The translations under genes were made by a program, and so were the position numbers. Below, piece after piece: positions 44,346-58,279 of a stretch of DNA of 64,000 bases (position 1 is its first letter; each line of letters opens with the position of its first letter). Source of the DNA: Guillardia theta CCMP2712 (lineage: Eukaryota; Protista; Cryptophyta); the NCBI RefSeq assembly GCF_000315625.1, contig NW_005434622.1:216430-280429 (forward strand). The letters are read 5' to 3'. The notes under the pieces were generated by a model that was not told the origin of the DNA, did not search any database, and saw only the letters and a list, made by a program, of their open reading frames with translations.

Positions 44346-46062
44346 CCTCCTTCCTCGCTTCTCTGCCTCTGCCTCTCTATCTATCTCTGTCTCTGCTGCT
44401 ATCTGTCTCCTCTTATCCTCTCATCTCATCCCTCCCTGCCGCCTGAGGCTTGGCGACGCCATTTCGCTGACTTTCTCCGTGCATTGCCCCTCCGCTGAAG
44501 AGCTACCAGCTTTGCAGCCACCCACCCCTCAATGTCCTCTCAAAAACACCAACCTACCCTCAGTATTGCACATCCGATTTTGACCCCCTCTTGGAAGTAC
44601 CCCAATTCCATCGGGTGAAAGCAGTACCAATACCCCCTCACGAACTACGTCAGGATGTCCAGGGGGACCCCCCACCCACCCTATTTGAACCCACCCGGGA
44701 CTCTCTCACACTTCAAGTTGTCAAGGTCATGGTACAAAATATCTGAGGCGGACCTGAGCTCGGACTCCGGGCCGACCGGGCCGCAGCCCGGCGGCTTCCG
44801 ACTGACTGAGTCAATTATAATGGCTAATATCTGGTAGTACCAGCAGATGATTTAAAGTTTTAAAAAGGTCCTCACTTCGTACTAATATCATTACCATGGT
44901 ACCAGCGAATACAGGCTCAACAGATTTATTTCGATACAAACATGATTCTTTATAAATATATAAGTTGTTACATTTACCTTCAATAAGGTACCGTCAATAA
45001 GTTCTATTATTGGTTACAGGTACTGTCAATAAGTTTCCAATATTATCTTTTTGAATCTCGATCGAACTCCTACAACCACCCCCATCCAGTCTCACTACCC
45101 TACCTTGTTCCTCCCCCCACCCACCATTCCTCCACCACTCACCCGTACTTTTGATATGCCTTAGGTGGGTTATCGTACAAATAATTGATCCTACCCCTCC
45201 CTGGTCATTTCCACTGTCCACCCCAACTCATAAACCCCTAGCCCCCCGCTAGCCCAGGCTTCTCTGCTACATGTCATCACTCCCAACACCCCTACAATTG
45301 CCTACATAAGTACCCGTACTTTGGCTGAATCTGTGGGTACCCACCCTGTCCTAACGCTTCAATTGTTCGCCCCACCTTCCAGCCCCTACCCCCCAGGTGA
45401 GGGTTTTGACCCTTCAACTGAGGGGTGTCATACGATGGTCCACCCACCCCCTGTTCATTTGTACCACGAGTGTTTAAGTCATATATATTGAGTGATTCTT
45501 GCGGTTTTTTTCATGCCGGCGTGAGTCAGGACCCTGCAGCCATGGAGGCTGGCGGCAGGAGGACGAGGAGGACGAGGACAACAGGGAAGAGGAGAGTAGA
45601 GGACGAGACGAGGAGAATATGATGGTGTCGACGACGAGGGTGGGATAGTATTCCTGAGCGACAGCCGGAGCAAGAGACCAGATGGGAGGAAAGTGGAGGA
45701 CGTGGGGGGGGGGGGGGGGGGGGGGAGTAGGCGAGGGTGAACGGGCTTGCTAACCCAACTGAGCATCTTGCATGACTTTGTTAGTATCTCTCTTGCATAT
45801 CTTCCCCCACACCGCAGCTCCTGCGTTTTGCCTGCACCATATTCCTTCTTTTTGAGCCAAAGCAAACGCAAAGAATGGTTATGGCAACGAATCGCAGTAG
45901 ACCCTTGAGAGCATAACCAGCTCTGCTTGTCTTGATGCAGTGTGTCACCTGCTGATCATCGAAAGATTCATTCTCTATATCTGACCATGTCTCTGCAGGC
46001 TCCTTCAGACTCGTGCTTCCTCTAACCCAGGCTCCATTATCGCGGGGTTCACTGTTGAGGAA

Positions 46063-49000
46063 ATGATGCACGACAAAGGGAAGAAAGCCAAGAAAAAGAC
46101 GCAGAAGAAGGTTGTATCGTCCCCGGATACACCAGAAAACACCTCTCACATCAGCAAGGATGAGGTGGACGCCGAAGAGTCTTCGTTCGAACAGGATCAA
46201 GATCATGCGCCGGACGGCGTGATTTCTCCTCCGCACAAGGAAGTGTTGGAAGAGGATCGCCCGGTCGTCGATCACTCCAAGGAGAATGGCTATGCACCTG
46301 AAGCAAGCGACCCAGAAAACAACCAGGACAGCCATGAGACTGCAGTGAAGAACGCCGGGCTAGACACGCCTCCACCCGAGCAGCAGGAGGGTGATGCCGA
46401 GGGTATGAATGAGGCAGCCCCTCAAGCGGTGAACGCTCCTCCTATCCCCGAGAACGATGTGCATCCTAACAGCCATCTGGCGGTTACTCATGACGATGCT
46501 GTGCTGAATGCTGCAGGGGACGCGGACGTCGCCTCTGCACAGGGGCTAACTGAAGATCCTTCAACCGGGCAGGAGAGTCCGGGACATCAGCAGCACATGA
46601 ACCCTGAGGTTTTGTGCCCGACCGAGAGTGGGGAAACGTCGACGGGAGTGCAGATGTACGTGGATACAGGGAGCCAGGAACAGGCTTATGAAGCCCAAGG
46701 TCAACAGGATGTAGCCAATGAGATGATGGGAGACGCGAGCTGCTTGTTCTCGCCGTCAGAGAAAGACGACTTCTTCGGGATCGCGTCAAACGGGGACACG
46801 CCATTCATGCTGAGCCAGCAGGAACAACCGCTTGAGGCTGAGAGGGCAGCAGAGGAACATGCCCAGGTGCACTTCCAGTCAGAGCAGGTGTATGCAGAAC
46901 AGGCTCAGGAGCAGCAGGCGCAAACCATCCCGCAGAGTTTGCCGGAGAGCTCGGGCTGGTCTGCAGCTCCGATTGACGACGCCAGCAAACTTTTCGGAGA
47001 GTCCCAGGGATGCTCGGACGATTTCTTCGGAGGAAGCTACCAGGGGGCTGCGGAAAACGTCGGACAAACTCCGACGTTGCCCTATCAGGTTGCCTGCACT
47101 CACGAAAACTGACCTGCCAACTGAAGTTTGGTCGCAGGATCAGGTGCAGAACGCTGCACCACCGACCATGACCCCGCAGCAGCCGCCAGCTGTTGTCACA
47201 GCAGCACAACAGGGCCCGTTCGATCAAGTCGGAGGCGCAGGTGCATCGAGGGTGGCCAACGACGTCAGCGAGCTGTTTGGCCCGGTGTCGAATGACGGTG
47301 AAGAGACTTGAAATGCTGCTGACTGATGCGTGACGCTGCTGTTTCTGCAGTCCCTGACCTTTTCGGGCCTCCAGCTGAAACTCAAGAATATTCTTTCTTC
47401 GACAACCTCGCCACCCAGTATCAGCAGCCCCCCGCAGCCTACCAGCCTCAGACCTTTCCTGCCGACCCATCCACGTACTACGCTGCTCCCAACAGCATGC
47501 CCTACCAGGATCCAAATGCCTTTTACTCACAGCAGCTCCACGAGCCTGCGCCATATCACATGGAACATCCACAGCAAGTCCAGGGGCACTACGCCCCTCA
47601 AGATTACCAGCATGTTCAAGGTCATTACCCTCAGCAAGACTACCAGCAAGCTACGTTTCAGAGCGCCCAGTACCAGGGCAGCTACGATGCTCAACAGGCG
47701 TATCCCTTCCAGCAGGCGGAGCAGAGCGTCGGCGACGGGCTCTCAGTTCATGGGTCCAGCGAGAGTGTTACGAGCGAGTCTAGCCGATACCTCTCGGACC
47801 CCACCTCCCACTTGCAGAGCAGCAGCATGCCGCCCTCTGTGTACAATGCAGAGCAGTACTCGCAAGGGTCGACGGCTCCTTATCACATGCAGGCTGGGCA
47901 TCACAACCTGGCGCAGGAGTCACACTACAGCACCGGCAGCTTTGCAAGTCAGGGAAGCGAAGGAGACGCCAGCGCCTCGAGCTCGCATCCTTCACAGCCA
48001 TACACTGGCCACTTCCAGCCCGCTGAACAGACGCAGGCTCCCGTGAGCTACGACGCCACGACGTACAGCGCGTATCCAGCACAGGGGAGCCATCCAGGGA
48101 TTCATAGCGCCCACGGGTCGGCAGGGGAGCAGCACCTGGAGCAGCACGCCGCTGACACGCTTGCTAGCTGGCAGCCATCGAACGAGGCTGCTGCTCACAA
48201 CGACGAGCCGGCGATCGAGGCGACGCAGCTGGTCGAGGACCTGCCGTTCCCATGGCAGGCGAGCATGCAGAGCCCCGATGACGGTGGGGGAACTTACCTG
48301 AATGACGGCAGGCACACCTTGATCCCAGCACGGGCTGCATCTATTACTTCAACACTCAGGTTGGGCTACTCGAGGCTCCTTTGGCAGGTCGTGATGTCTT
48401 GCTCGCAGACTGGATTCTCGTCCTGGGAGCCTCCGACTCAGCAAGAGATCGAAGATCAGGTAGGATCTTTGCCCTCCCCATCCCTCTCCTCTTCCTCTCC
48501 TTCCTCCACCTACTTCTCGCTCCCTCCCTCGCTCCCCTGACTTCTCTCCAGAGAAAGCTGTTGCAGCAGATGCAGTTCTCTACATACGAGCAGCAGCAGG
48601 AGCAGCATCATGCCGACCAAGTAGACGACCGGGTCAACTTCCATCATCACGCTCAGGCTACCAGCTACGGCCACTACGGTCAAACCGATGGGATTGTGCA
48701 GGGCGCCATGAACGCGGTGCATTATGATGCCCCCAAGGCAGATCCGACGCACGCGTACCCGCACTACAGCATGCAGACTCCCGCCGCTGCCGCCTCGCAC
48801 GTCAGCACGGAGCGATCCAGCCGCCCCACGTTCCCAGCCATCTGCTTCGGGTTCGGCGGCAGGCTGGCTGTCGTCTTCCCTCGCGTCAAGAGGAACCTGA
48901 GCGTCTTCAGCGGGCGGAGTGAAGAGCTTGACCAGCAGGAGGTCGTGAAGCCCAGCCCTGTCAATATGTACAAAGTAGAGAAGCTCTCCTTCGTCCTCCC

Positions 49001-51242
49001 GCTCTACCGCGAGCTCGAGAGCTTTCCGGGCCCTCTGAGCCCTTCCAAGGACACCAAGGCCAAGGTCAAGGCCTTCATAGCGGAGAAGATCGCCGGGCCT
49101 CCTATCGGAGAGAATGACTGGTCCGTCAACCCGGAGACGATGAAGCTGCTCTGGATCCTGCTGGAGACGCTGGTGGACGGGAACGGGGACCTCTCAGCGG
49201 TTGGCGAGACGTCCAAGGTGACTGGGCTGGAGCGCATCGTCCAGTGCCTGCGGGACCCGGGGTTGGTGGGAGATCAGTTCACCAATGGAGGAGGGCAGGG
49301 GCAGCTGGGGGGCAGCGCAGGGGCGGACCTGATGATCACTCGCTCAGCGGCGAACGAGGCGGCGGCGCAGGGGGCGCTGCTGGAGATGCAGGAGCTGCTG
49401 CTGCAGGGAAAGAGGGAGGAGGCGTGCCAGAAGGCCGTGGAAAACGAGCTGTGGGCCCCCGCGCTGCTGCTGAGCAGCTACATGAACATCGAGACATACA
49501 CAAGGGTGATGGGAGAGTTCGCCAAGAGCAGCTTCCGGGTCGGCTCCCCTCTGGGGACGCTGTACATGCTGTTTGCAGGGCAGGGGACGCACTTGTTCGA
49601 ACAGGACTCCATCGAGTACCTGACGGACTCGTGGCAGTGCAACCTGTGCGTCATCCTCAACAACCGCACGCCTAACGACAGCACGACCATCCTGGGGATC
49701 GGGGACGCGCTGTGGCAGCTGCGGTCGGATGCCGAGGCTGCCCACCTGTGCTACGTCCTGTCAGGCCACGAGATCGAGCACGTCGACTCGCCCAACTGCC
49801 GCATCGCGCTGCTCGGAGCTGACCACCGGGCCCGACCCCACAACTTCTGGTGCGCCCCAGCGATCCACCGGACGGAGGTGCTGGAGTACTCCAAAAGGAT
49901 GAAGAACCACAAGGCCTGCCTCCATGCCCTCCTCCCTTACAAGCTGGCCCACGCCCAGCTGCTGATCGAGCTGGGCCTGCACAAGAAGGCGATGAGGTAC
50001 CTGGAGAACATCCTGGAGGCGGCGAAGGCGTGCAAGACCGGTATGATCTCCCAGCGGCTTGTGTTCGAGGCCGAGATGCTCGAGCTCCGGCTGAGGACGC
50101 ACATGGGGGGCAAGGCGGCGTCCTCGTCCTCGATCTCCGGCTCTCTCTTTGGGGGCCTCAAGAAAGTTCTCGACTCGGCAGTCACCTCGGCCATCTACGG
50201 GAGCCAGCCGACGGGCGGCCACATGCCGCAGCCTCCGACTCAAGCTCCCTCGGAGAAGCAGAGAGCTGCTGCTGTGCAGGCTGAGAAAGAGAGGATGGTG
50301 CGGGAGCAGAGGAACGCGGCGGCGGCGGCGGCGGCGGCGGCGGCCGAGGAGGAGAAAGCAAGGGCCAAGGAGCAGAGCAAGATGAAGCGAGACTCGTTGG
50401 CAGAGGCCAAGGCGGCGAAGAAGCACGAGGAGGAGGGAGGGGAGAAGAAGGGAGGAGGGCTGCTCTCCAAGCTGTGGGGAGCGGTGGCAGGGGAGAAGCA
50501 GGTGGATCTGGGAGACGACAACTCGTTCTACTTCAACGAGAAACTTGGCCGATGGGTGGAGCGAGGGAAGGAGAACGAGGTTCGTTCCTGTCCTTGTCCT
50601 CCTTTTCAGTCGTCTGATGCGTTCGCAGGCGGCCAGCGACCCGTCCAGTGCTCCTCCTCCCACCATGGCGGCGTTCATGCAGCCAGCGGGCCACAGCGCG
50701 GAAGCTCCGACGGGCATGCCGACCATGAACGGTCAGGGACCGCAGGCGCCCATGATGCCGGCAGCTGGAGGGATGGGGCCTGGCGGTGCAGGAGGCAACA
50801 TGTTTGCCAGGCAGACTCGATCGGGAGCTCGCAGCCGCTACGTGGATACTCTGAACCCCAACGCTGCAACGGTGAGGACTGTACCCCTGCTCCTCCTCAT
50901 TCTTTTCGTCTTCATTTGGACCGCCTTCTCTTCTCTTCCTCCTCCTGCTGATCGTTCGCATCATCATGATCATCATCATCGTCATCATCATCATCGTCAT
51001 CATCATCATCATCATCCCACTCATCCCACTCATCCCACTCATCCCACTCATCCCACTCATCTGTACTCTTGTTCTCTCCTCTCACCTGTCGACTTTCACA
51101 GGCCAACCAGACTCCAGCTACAGGCATGATGCCCGCAGTAGGAGCGGCAGGCAACATGATCGCCGCCAACAAGGACGCGGCGAAACCCAAGTACAAGATC
51201 TTTGTGCCCAACCAGAATGCCAGCAGCGGGCAGAACCAATAA
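46063..51242 (+). CDS. SEC16: COPII scaffold Sec16 with an N-terminal-region WW domain, multi-exon
   Basis: Sec16 central domain: CFGFGGRL, SFPGPL, KLLWILL, MQELLLQGKREEACQKAVENELWAPALLLSS, GSPLGTLY, GDALW..AEAAHLCY, LLGADH, RTEVLEY, PYKLAHAQLLIELG. C-terminal motifs DLGDDNSFYFNEKLGRWV and ARSRYVDTLN. Additional 5' exons are possible. Confidence 0.9.
50959..51060 (+). repeat. (CAT)n followed by (CATCCCACT)n, intronic in Sec16
   Basis: Tandem runs visible in the sequence. Confidence 0.9.
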
Positions 51243-51952
51243 ACCGTGGCTTCCGGACGGTCAGTAGTTGCCCAGGCCTTCAACGGCGGGCCGCCGCGGG
51301 TCGCTGGGCCCGGGCGGCCGAGGCTGAGACCCCCCCGCCGCGAATCCGATCGTTGATCGCCGCCCGGCCGAAGCCAGAGCCACTGAGAGACTGAGTCGGA
51401 CTGCCGCACTCGGGGGCACCGTCACGGGCGTCCCGGGCTGAGTCCACTCCGCCCGGCCGGGCCGCCCGGCTGAACATGATGGACCCTGGGTGGTCGAAGT
51501 GCCCCCTGTAGTACCCCTACCCCTCCCTACCCTCCCTTCCAGTGTAGAATTTTGACGTTAACGATCAACGAAGAACCCCATTGAGTAAGGCTTGGACCCC
51601 CTGAGAGATATACCCCTACCCCATTTTCATCTAGAAAATTACTATCATATAGGGGTGTCTTTACCACCCCCACCCCTTGATCAGCCTCCTGAGTGCATCG
51701 AGTACACGGCAATGGATCTTGTCAACAGGGTCCTGAGTGAGCCAGCAGCCCGTGTCACCGGTGCTTCAGGAAGTACCCCACCACACCAAGTGTAACATTC
51801 GGGAGTATCCCCTACCTATTTTACATAGTCTGAGTGCAAGCCAGGTACCTTAGGATATACCCCGGGACCCATTGACTTCAGTGGACTACCCCTTCGAAAA
51901 GACCACCCTACCCATTTGCTGAACTCCCCTTTCACAAGACTGCAGAGGCGCG

Positions 51953-53476
51953 ATGGCAGCAGTGGTTACTTCAACAGGTACAGCATGCGATTCTGCCATG
52001 GAAGGGTCTGCATCTGCTTCCTCCTGTGACATGTTTGTCCTCTCTCGCATATCTGTGTTGTTCCTGTCACCTTGTACTGTGAGTTTTCCTTCTGGCGAAC
52101 GCTGTAATCCATCATGTGCAATCTGCATTTTCAATCCGATTCGCACCCGTTTTTACTCGTGAGAATACTGTTGCGACCGCTGAACTTGAATCATCCTGCT
52201 CCTCTCAACATGGTTGTGCATCCACAGTCTTCATTCGACTCACATGTCAAGGAACGAGTCCCAGGCTATCATGTATCATGTTTCGATTCATATGGAGATC
52301 AAGTATTGGTAGCATTTCATGTTGTTCCTGGCACAATCAGTCATTATCATTAGTCTTCAATGTCTCCGCCCCATCATTCCATGAAATTTCTTCTCCCCAT
52401 CATTCCTCTCACTGAGTCCGTTGATGGATGGCCAGCAGGATCTAGCGCCCAGTGGGAGGCAGCGAACGCGAATGCAGAGCTTTTCTACAGAAACAAGGAG
52501 TTGGTAAGTCAGGATGGCATCAGTGGTGGTTGGAGCCAATCGATGATGGTTTCTTTTCAAAGGTTCAAGTTGCGAACAAGCTGAGGGAGTCGCAGAAGAA
52601 GCTCGATCACGCTAGGGCGTGCCTTGTCAACCAGCAGGCCTTGAAGCAAGAAGAGCAGTTCCTCAAGCAGGCTATAGTGAACCAGAGCAAGGAATATGCC
52701 GACCGCCAGCAGGACATGGAGAAGAGGATTGCAGACCTGGAGGCCAGGCTGAAGGAGATTGAGGCCGACTCCAAGAACACCGAGCAGTACAAGACAGAGC
52801 TCGAGAACTACCAGAAGGACATTATGCAGCATCGCCAGTCTGTCGTAACCATCGAGCAGGTTCATTCGTGCTCTAGGCAGAGCCGTTGCGCTCGATCAAC
52901 CTGACATGCTGCCCGAAGTCCCTGAGCGAAGCCTACCGCTTTGAAGCAAGGAAGTCTGAGTATGGGATGATCATTGAGAAGTATTCCTTCAACTCGTGGC
53001 TGGAATGAGTGGAGTTGACTGGAATCTTTAGGAAGCAGAAGGAGCTGGAATACCTTGAGAAACATGTCAAGGATATCAAGGAGGCGAATGAACGCGCACA
53101 GGCGGCCAGCGTAAGTGCTTTACCCCGACGTTCTCTACCCGATCATAATGTGATCTGTATAATTTCGTTCTCTCCCTGGCACACATCCTCCTCCTCCTCT
53201 CTGATGATTGGATAACTTTGTTGCACTCTCTAGTGCGTAACTCTTGTCTTGTGTGTGTACTCAGTCGGATTTTGCACAGGCTGGAGTGAAGGGCAAGATC
53301 GATGAGTTCCGCTCCGTCGAGGGAGATCTGAACCGCGTCGTTGGGGAGATCGATGCCCTCGAGTTCTGCTTGGTGAGCAATTTTACCTTCTTTCTGCGAG
53401 ACAGGCAGCTCAGTCATGTTCGTGCAGGGCTACAAGGGCTCAAACTCCGTGCCTGATCTCACCAAGGTTGCCTAAG
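51953..53476 (+). CDS. Coiled-coil hypothetical protein, multi-exon
   Basis: The exon at about 52563-52859 encodes long heptads (QEEQFLKQAIVNQSKEYADRQQDMEKRIADLEARLKEIE). Further GT-AG exons end GYKGSNSVPDLTKVA*. Confidence 0.6.
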
Positions 53477-54431
53477 TTGACTCGGCGGGAGGGAGGCGCT
53501 ACCTTTAGTTCTTATGTTCCTGTTCCGTCTTTCCCACATACAGTCTGTGCTTGCGGCGGGCCCGTGGAATGTCGAATAAACTTTAGATTCTGCGACTTGT
53601 GTCGTACATACTGTCGGAACTTTATTGCGGCGAATAAATGTTCTAGGCTATGCTTACAGACTGAGCCACTGACGTACGGTCCGATCCGCCTGCCACTGCC
53701 CGGGCACTGGTCTTGTTCGGGCACCGCTTACGGTACTCCGAGTGCGGCGGGCCGCCGCTGAACCGGCGTCGGATGACTGCCGCTGTGAGCCTGCCAGTGC
53801 GCCTGAGTCGCTTGGCTCCGAGTCACTGTCTCACCGGCGGCAATCCCCGGCCCCCGGACGGCCCGGTGAGTCCGTCGGCCATATCACTGAGTCGGAGGCG
53901 GCGCTGAGCCTCGGAGTCACCCACTGCGGCCGCTCCGAGCGGCGGCAGTGTGGCACACTGAGGCCGAGATGCCAGTCACGGTGCCGGGCGGCCTCAGAGT
54001 TCCGACACAGAGACTGAGACGCCGGCGTGCCACGCCGCGGCCAGGCCGCCGTGTACCGTACGGTCAAGTTACCCGCGGCGGCCCCCCGGCGGCCCCCCCG
54101 GGCCGGGCCCGGGCGGGCCGGGCGGCCCGGCCACAGTGACTGAGTCCGCAGCCGGGCCCCGATCGGTGACCGCCGCGCGGCCCGGCCGCCGCCCCCGGCG
54201 GCCCGGCCGCCCGCCGCCGCGGTGAAGCCGGAGGCCGCCGAGTGTGCCTTCTGAAAGTTGCCTTGCCAGTCCTCAATTGAAGATGCCCGGCGCAGTTAGT
54301 GGCCTCGCGGAAAAAGTTAACTGGGCAAGTCACAAGTTGAGTTTTCTCTTCTCGCTGTTTGGCCTGTGCGACAGTCACTGAGTGTGACGGTGAGGCGGCC
54401 CTCCGAGACTCGACACCGTGACTCTCCTGAT

Positions 54432-54469
54432 TGTCCTCGTACTGATTTTTAACTTAACTTTGAGTAAAG
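54432..54469 (+). repeat. 38-bp dispersed element, copy 2
   Basis: Identical to 8178-8215. Confidence 0.9.
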
Positions 54470-55184
54470 GGTATTTACGCGCTCATCAGCGCTTTTATCA
54501 GTGAGGTCGCCGTCGGAAGGTCACGAACGGAGTCACATGGGCCAACATGGCGATCCGCCTCGGCGTTGCGCCGGGGCCGAAGAACACTGATTCCTAGTCT
54601 GCCCGGCACAAGGTGGGTCATCATAGGGTAAAATGGGGGGTGGGGCTAGGAGGCTCAGAGCCAAAGAGGGCGGAAGTAGTCACGTGGGAGCAACAGTAAA
54701 GAAGTCAAGTCATGCCGGAGGCCGAGGAGGTGGTCACGGTGTACGCAGCTTTAATTCCGGGGATATAGTAAAGAGTCACGAGGTCATTCCGTGAGCCTGG
54801 TGCGGCCGGCCTCACTGGGTCTCGTGGTCCTGAGGGTCAGGAAATTGGGTAGGGTGGTCCAAATGGGGTGGCCTTGACTAATGGGAATGTGGATAAATGT
54901 ACGGGTCATCGGAAATACAACTTGGAGAATGGGGTGGGTAGGGTGGCACGGGGGAGGTTGTTGGCTGCGCCATGTGACCGTATCGGTCACGCGGGATAGG
55001 GAAGGAGAGTGATCTCGAGATTGCCTGCCCTCCGCTACAAATATCCTCCGCCTCCCCGTCCCGGTACCGACAAACAACCTCACTCTAGCCCTCCACTCCT
55101 CCACCCCCTCCTCCTCCTCTTCGGACTCCACACGTTACTCTTGCCCTCGTAGACTCCTCCACAGCTCTACCTCCCTCAGATCAG

Positions 55185-55793
55185 ATGTCTGCGCACTGTG
55201 ATAGCGACGACGAGCGTCATCCCCGCCAGTGTTGCGGGCATGGAACTTGCGCCATTGTCGGAGTCTGCATCCGAAACATGAGCTTCCCCTGGATCGTGGA
55301 AGTGTGTGAGAACGAAGTTTCTTCTGACATCGAGATCGATCAAGGAGCTGCCAGTGATCCTGAGCCGGAGATTGCATGTGAAAACCAAGACGAACAAGAC
55401 ATTGCCCTTTCATCGGGACTGTACTGGACCATGCCCGCAAGGGTGAGAATAGCGAAGCCTGTCAAGATCAGAGACAATGGCATGTTTCGCAGGGCCTGCA
55501 GCTCGCCATGCGGCAAGGAAAGCGCCCGGGAAACAAGGATTGGGCGGAAACCCTGCTTCGTCCAGTGGATCTGTATGAACGATTTGGACTTCAACAAGAA
55601 GAAGCCTTTGCTTGCTAGGTTCTACCTCAAGTTATCATACTTTCGACGGGCCAACAAATGCGCGAGGAGCTGGAAAGAGACTCCCAATGCTCCCGCTAAG
55701 ACGATGGTCTTGGACAATATCAATGCGGTGAGGACTAGGGTCGCCAACGCCCGCTTGTCGCGAACCTCCGAGGTAGCACCAGAAAGCAACTAG
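55185..55793 (+). CDS. Hypothetical protein, 'CGHGTC' family member B (202 aa, intronless)
   Basis: Clean ORF. CCGHGTCAIVGVCIR, ICMNDLDF..ARFYLKLSYF and MVLDNINAVRTR align with member A. Confidence 0.75.
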   Translation: MSAHCDSDDERHPRQCCGHGTCAIVGVCIRNMSFPWIVEVCENEVSSDIEIDQGAASDPEPEIACENQDEQDIALSSGLYWTMPARVRIAKPVKIRDNGMFRRACSSPCGKESARETRIGRKPCFVQWICMNDLDFNKKKPLLARFYLKLSYFRRANKCARSWKETPNAPAKTMVLDNINAVRTRVANARLSRTSEVAPESN

Positions 55794-56799
55794 GACGTTT
55801 CTATCAACCGCCTGGTCGTGTAGTCGTTGGCATGTACATATTTTTAGTCTCCCCCCCTGTTAACATTTCATGTTGAATGAAGTAGAGAACCTGAATGCAC
55901 TTTAGACTTTCGACCCTAAACTTGAAACCAAGCCTTAATTGAACGCGGGACACTGCTTTCTAACTGTGATGTTGTGCCGGAAGATCTCTGGGTACGAGGA
56001 AGCTTCAAGCTAGATTCCTTCCGGTCCGGGGCCTGGCAGCCGCTCTGAGCGCCCGGCCTACTGCCGCTGAACAGTGAGCAGCACCGCGCAGTGGCCTGCG
56101 CGGCTGCAGCCCGGCCGCTGAGTGCTACGGCGCCGCGGCGCGGCCTCGGACGGTCACGGTCACTGACTGACCCACGGCGGCCGGGCGGGCCGCCGGGCCC
56201 GTGACTTGGTGACGCCTCACTGTCGGCGCCGCGGTACGGTACACGCCACGGTACGCTCCCGAGCCTGTCCCGAGAAACTCGCCGGAGTTCCGAGGCTCGG
56301 GCCGAGCCATCGGTCATCGGCGACTCAGCGGGCTGGCCCCGGGCCAGGGCTCGCGGGGCGCGGCGGCCCGGGCTCCGCCTCGCCGCCGCTCAGTGAGGCT
56401 CGCTCGGACTCCGGGAGGCGGGCCTCGGAGGCGGCTCGGAAACTTCCACTCAAGGGGATGGCCCGCTACACAGCCAATTCATTGCCTACACATCATGCCG
56501 GAAGGCGCCGGTGAGAACTTGCTTCTCCTGCTCCTCGAACCCCCTCCTCTCTCCCTGCTGCTTTTTTTTCCCTCCCCCTGTTTCCCCCCCCTTTTTTTTC
56601 CCCCCCTTTTGCCCCCCCCCCCCCCCCCCCCCCCCCTTCGCTTGCTCCCTCCCTCCCACCCTCCCTCTCTCGTTTCGATGTCTCCTTTGCAAACTTATCT
56701 CACGTATATGCCATTCTGTCACCATTCTCCTGATTCTCCTCTTATCTCATGGCGTTTACGTTTGAGAAGACTTCAGTCCATTTTCACTGTGATCTTCAA

Positions 56800-58270
56800 C
56801 ATCCATGAAAGGCTCTCATAGCTATCATCACTCGTGCTCCTGCATGCCTCAATCCCCGCTGTTTCATCTCAGTACACACGATTTCACACCTGCTTTAGGC
56901 GTGATTCTTCGCTTGCACGATGAAACCTGATTGTGCAAGAAAACAGCTGCTGAGTGCCTGAATCTTTGTTGAGAGCAGTCTGAGAGACGGAACTGCTTGT
57001 TCTCCAGCCCTGATAGCCTGACATGGAAAATGTAAAGCGATATAGTGGTGGATTTGGGGGCTCAATGCGCCCAGAGCCTGTGAGTACACGACCAGTGCTT
57101 CCTCCTTCCCGCCTGCCCTTTGATGTTTACCCTTGTCGCAGCTGCAAGATGCAAGCTCGGAGTGGGTCGACGGGTTGGATCCGGGAAATGTGGAGGTGAG
57201 AGAATCTCGTCGCTCTTGACTGACGCTGACACACGTGGGATCCTGCAGTTCATGATGCATGACTCGCCTGCGGCTCAAGGATCTCAGGCCCCCGCTCGGA
57301 AGAAGTTGGGCTCTCTTGGCTGCCTCTGAGCTCCTGCTGACTTCCCTCCAGCACGTCGGCACAGATCGGTTGGCTCCGACCGAACCTCCTCGAGTCAGGG
57401 AGTACCGTCACAGCACCAGGTGAGCAGGAAGGCGAGGTCTCTTCCCAAGTGATGGACTTTCAGAGACGTCCAGGATGAGCTCACAGGCCGCCAGAAGCTC
57501 CAAGGCTCTCAGCAGCAGGTAAGCCCTCCGCCCTCGTAGGAAACCAGCGTTGTGAGAATGTGCAAGCCAGGACGTGAAGCCACCGGAAAAGGAGGGGAAG
57601 AACTACGTGAAAGGATCTGCTCTCGGTATTCAATACTTCCTTCCCCTCCATGACCTTCGCTCCATCCCGTACCTTTCCTCGTCTCTCCCTCCTTCCCGCA
57701 TCCTCCCTCCTGTCTCCACACCGCCTCTGCCTCCCTTCTCTCCCTCCCTCCTCTCACTGCATCGCCTCTTGCTCCCCTCTCTCCCTCCTGCTCCCTTCCC
57801 TCCTTCAGCTCCCTCCCCACTCTTGGTTTCTCTCGCACACAAGTTGTCACCAACCGCTTTCTGCGCAGGGAACATTCCGCTGAGCGTCAACGACTACACC
57901 GCGCCCAACCTCAACTCAGCGATGCTCCCAATTGTCTCTCGCTCCCGTTTGAGCATGTCAAGCGCTGACCCTAGCTCTCCAGCAATGCAACCTGCGACGG
58001 AACTGGAGGAAGATGAGACGGCGGCGGGCTCAGGAGGACACGGACTCGAGCGAGGAGTCGAGGTGAGCATGGCAAACTTTCTCCTGTTCGGGGCATGCCA
58101 ATCTGAGCATCGACCTCAGCGATGAAGAGCCTGCTCAAAATTCTTCGGAGTCGAAAAATTCTGCCGGGACGGTGCCGCAACCGGGAACAAGTGCAGCTAG
58201 CGGAGTGATCAAAGGGCAGGCTGGGACAAAGAATTCCGCATCGCTACCACGCCTGAGCAAACGACAATGA
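56800..58270 (+). CDS. Multi-exon hypothetical low-complexity protein
   Basis: GT-AG-bounded exons: LQDASSEWVDGLDPGNVE; PPEKEGKNYVKGSAL; GNIPLSVNDYTAPNLN; ...NSASLPRLSKRQ* (stop 58268-58270). The start is uncertain. Confidence 0.45.
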
Positions 58271-58279
58271 GCAGATTCG

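Noticed and set aside
53700-54400. Arg/Pro/Gly-rich ORFs in GC-rich blocks (also 15538-16489, 51280-51477 and 55916-56514)
   Set aside because: Stop-poor because of GC content, open in several frames, and with no motifs.
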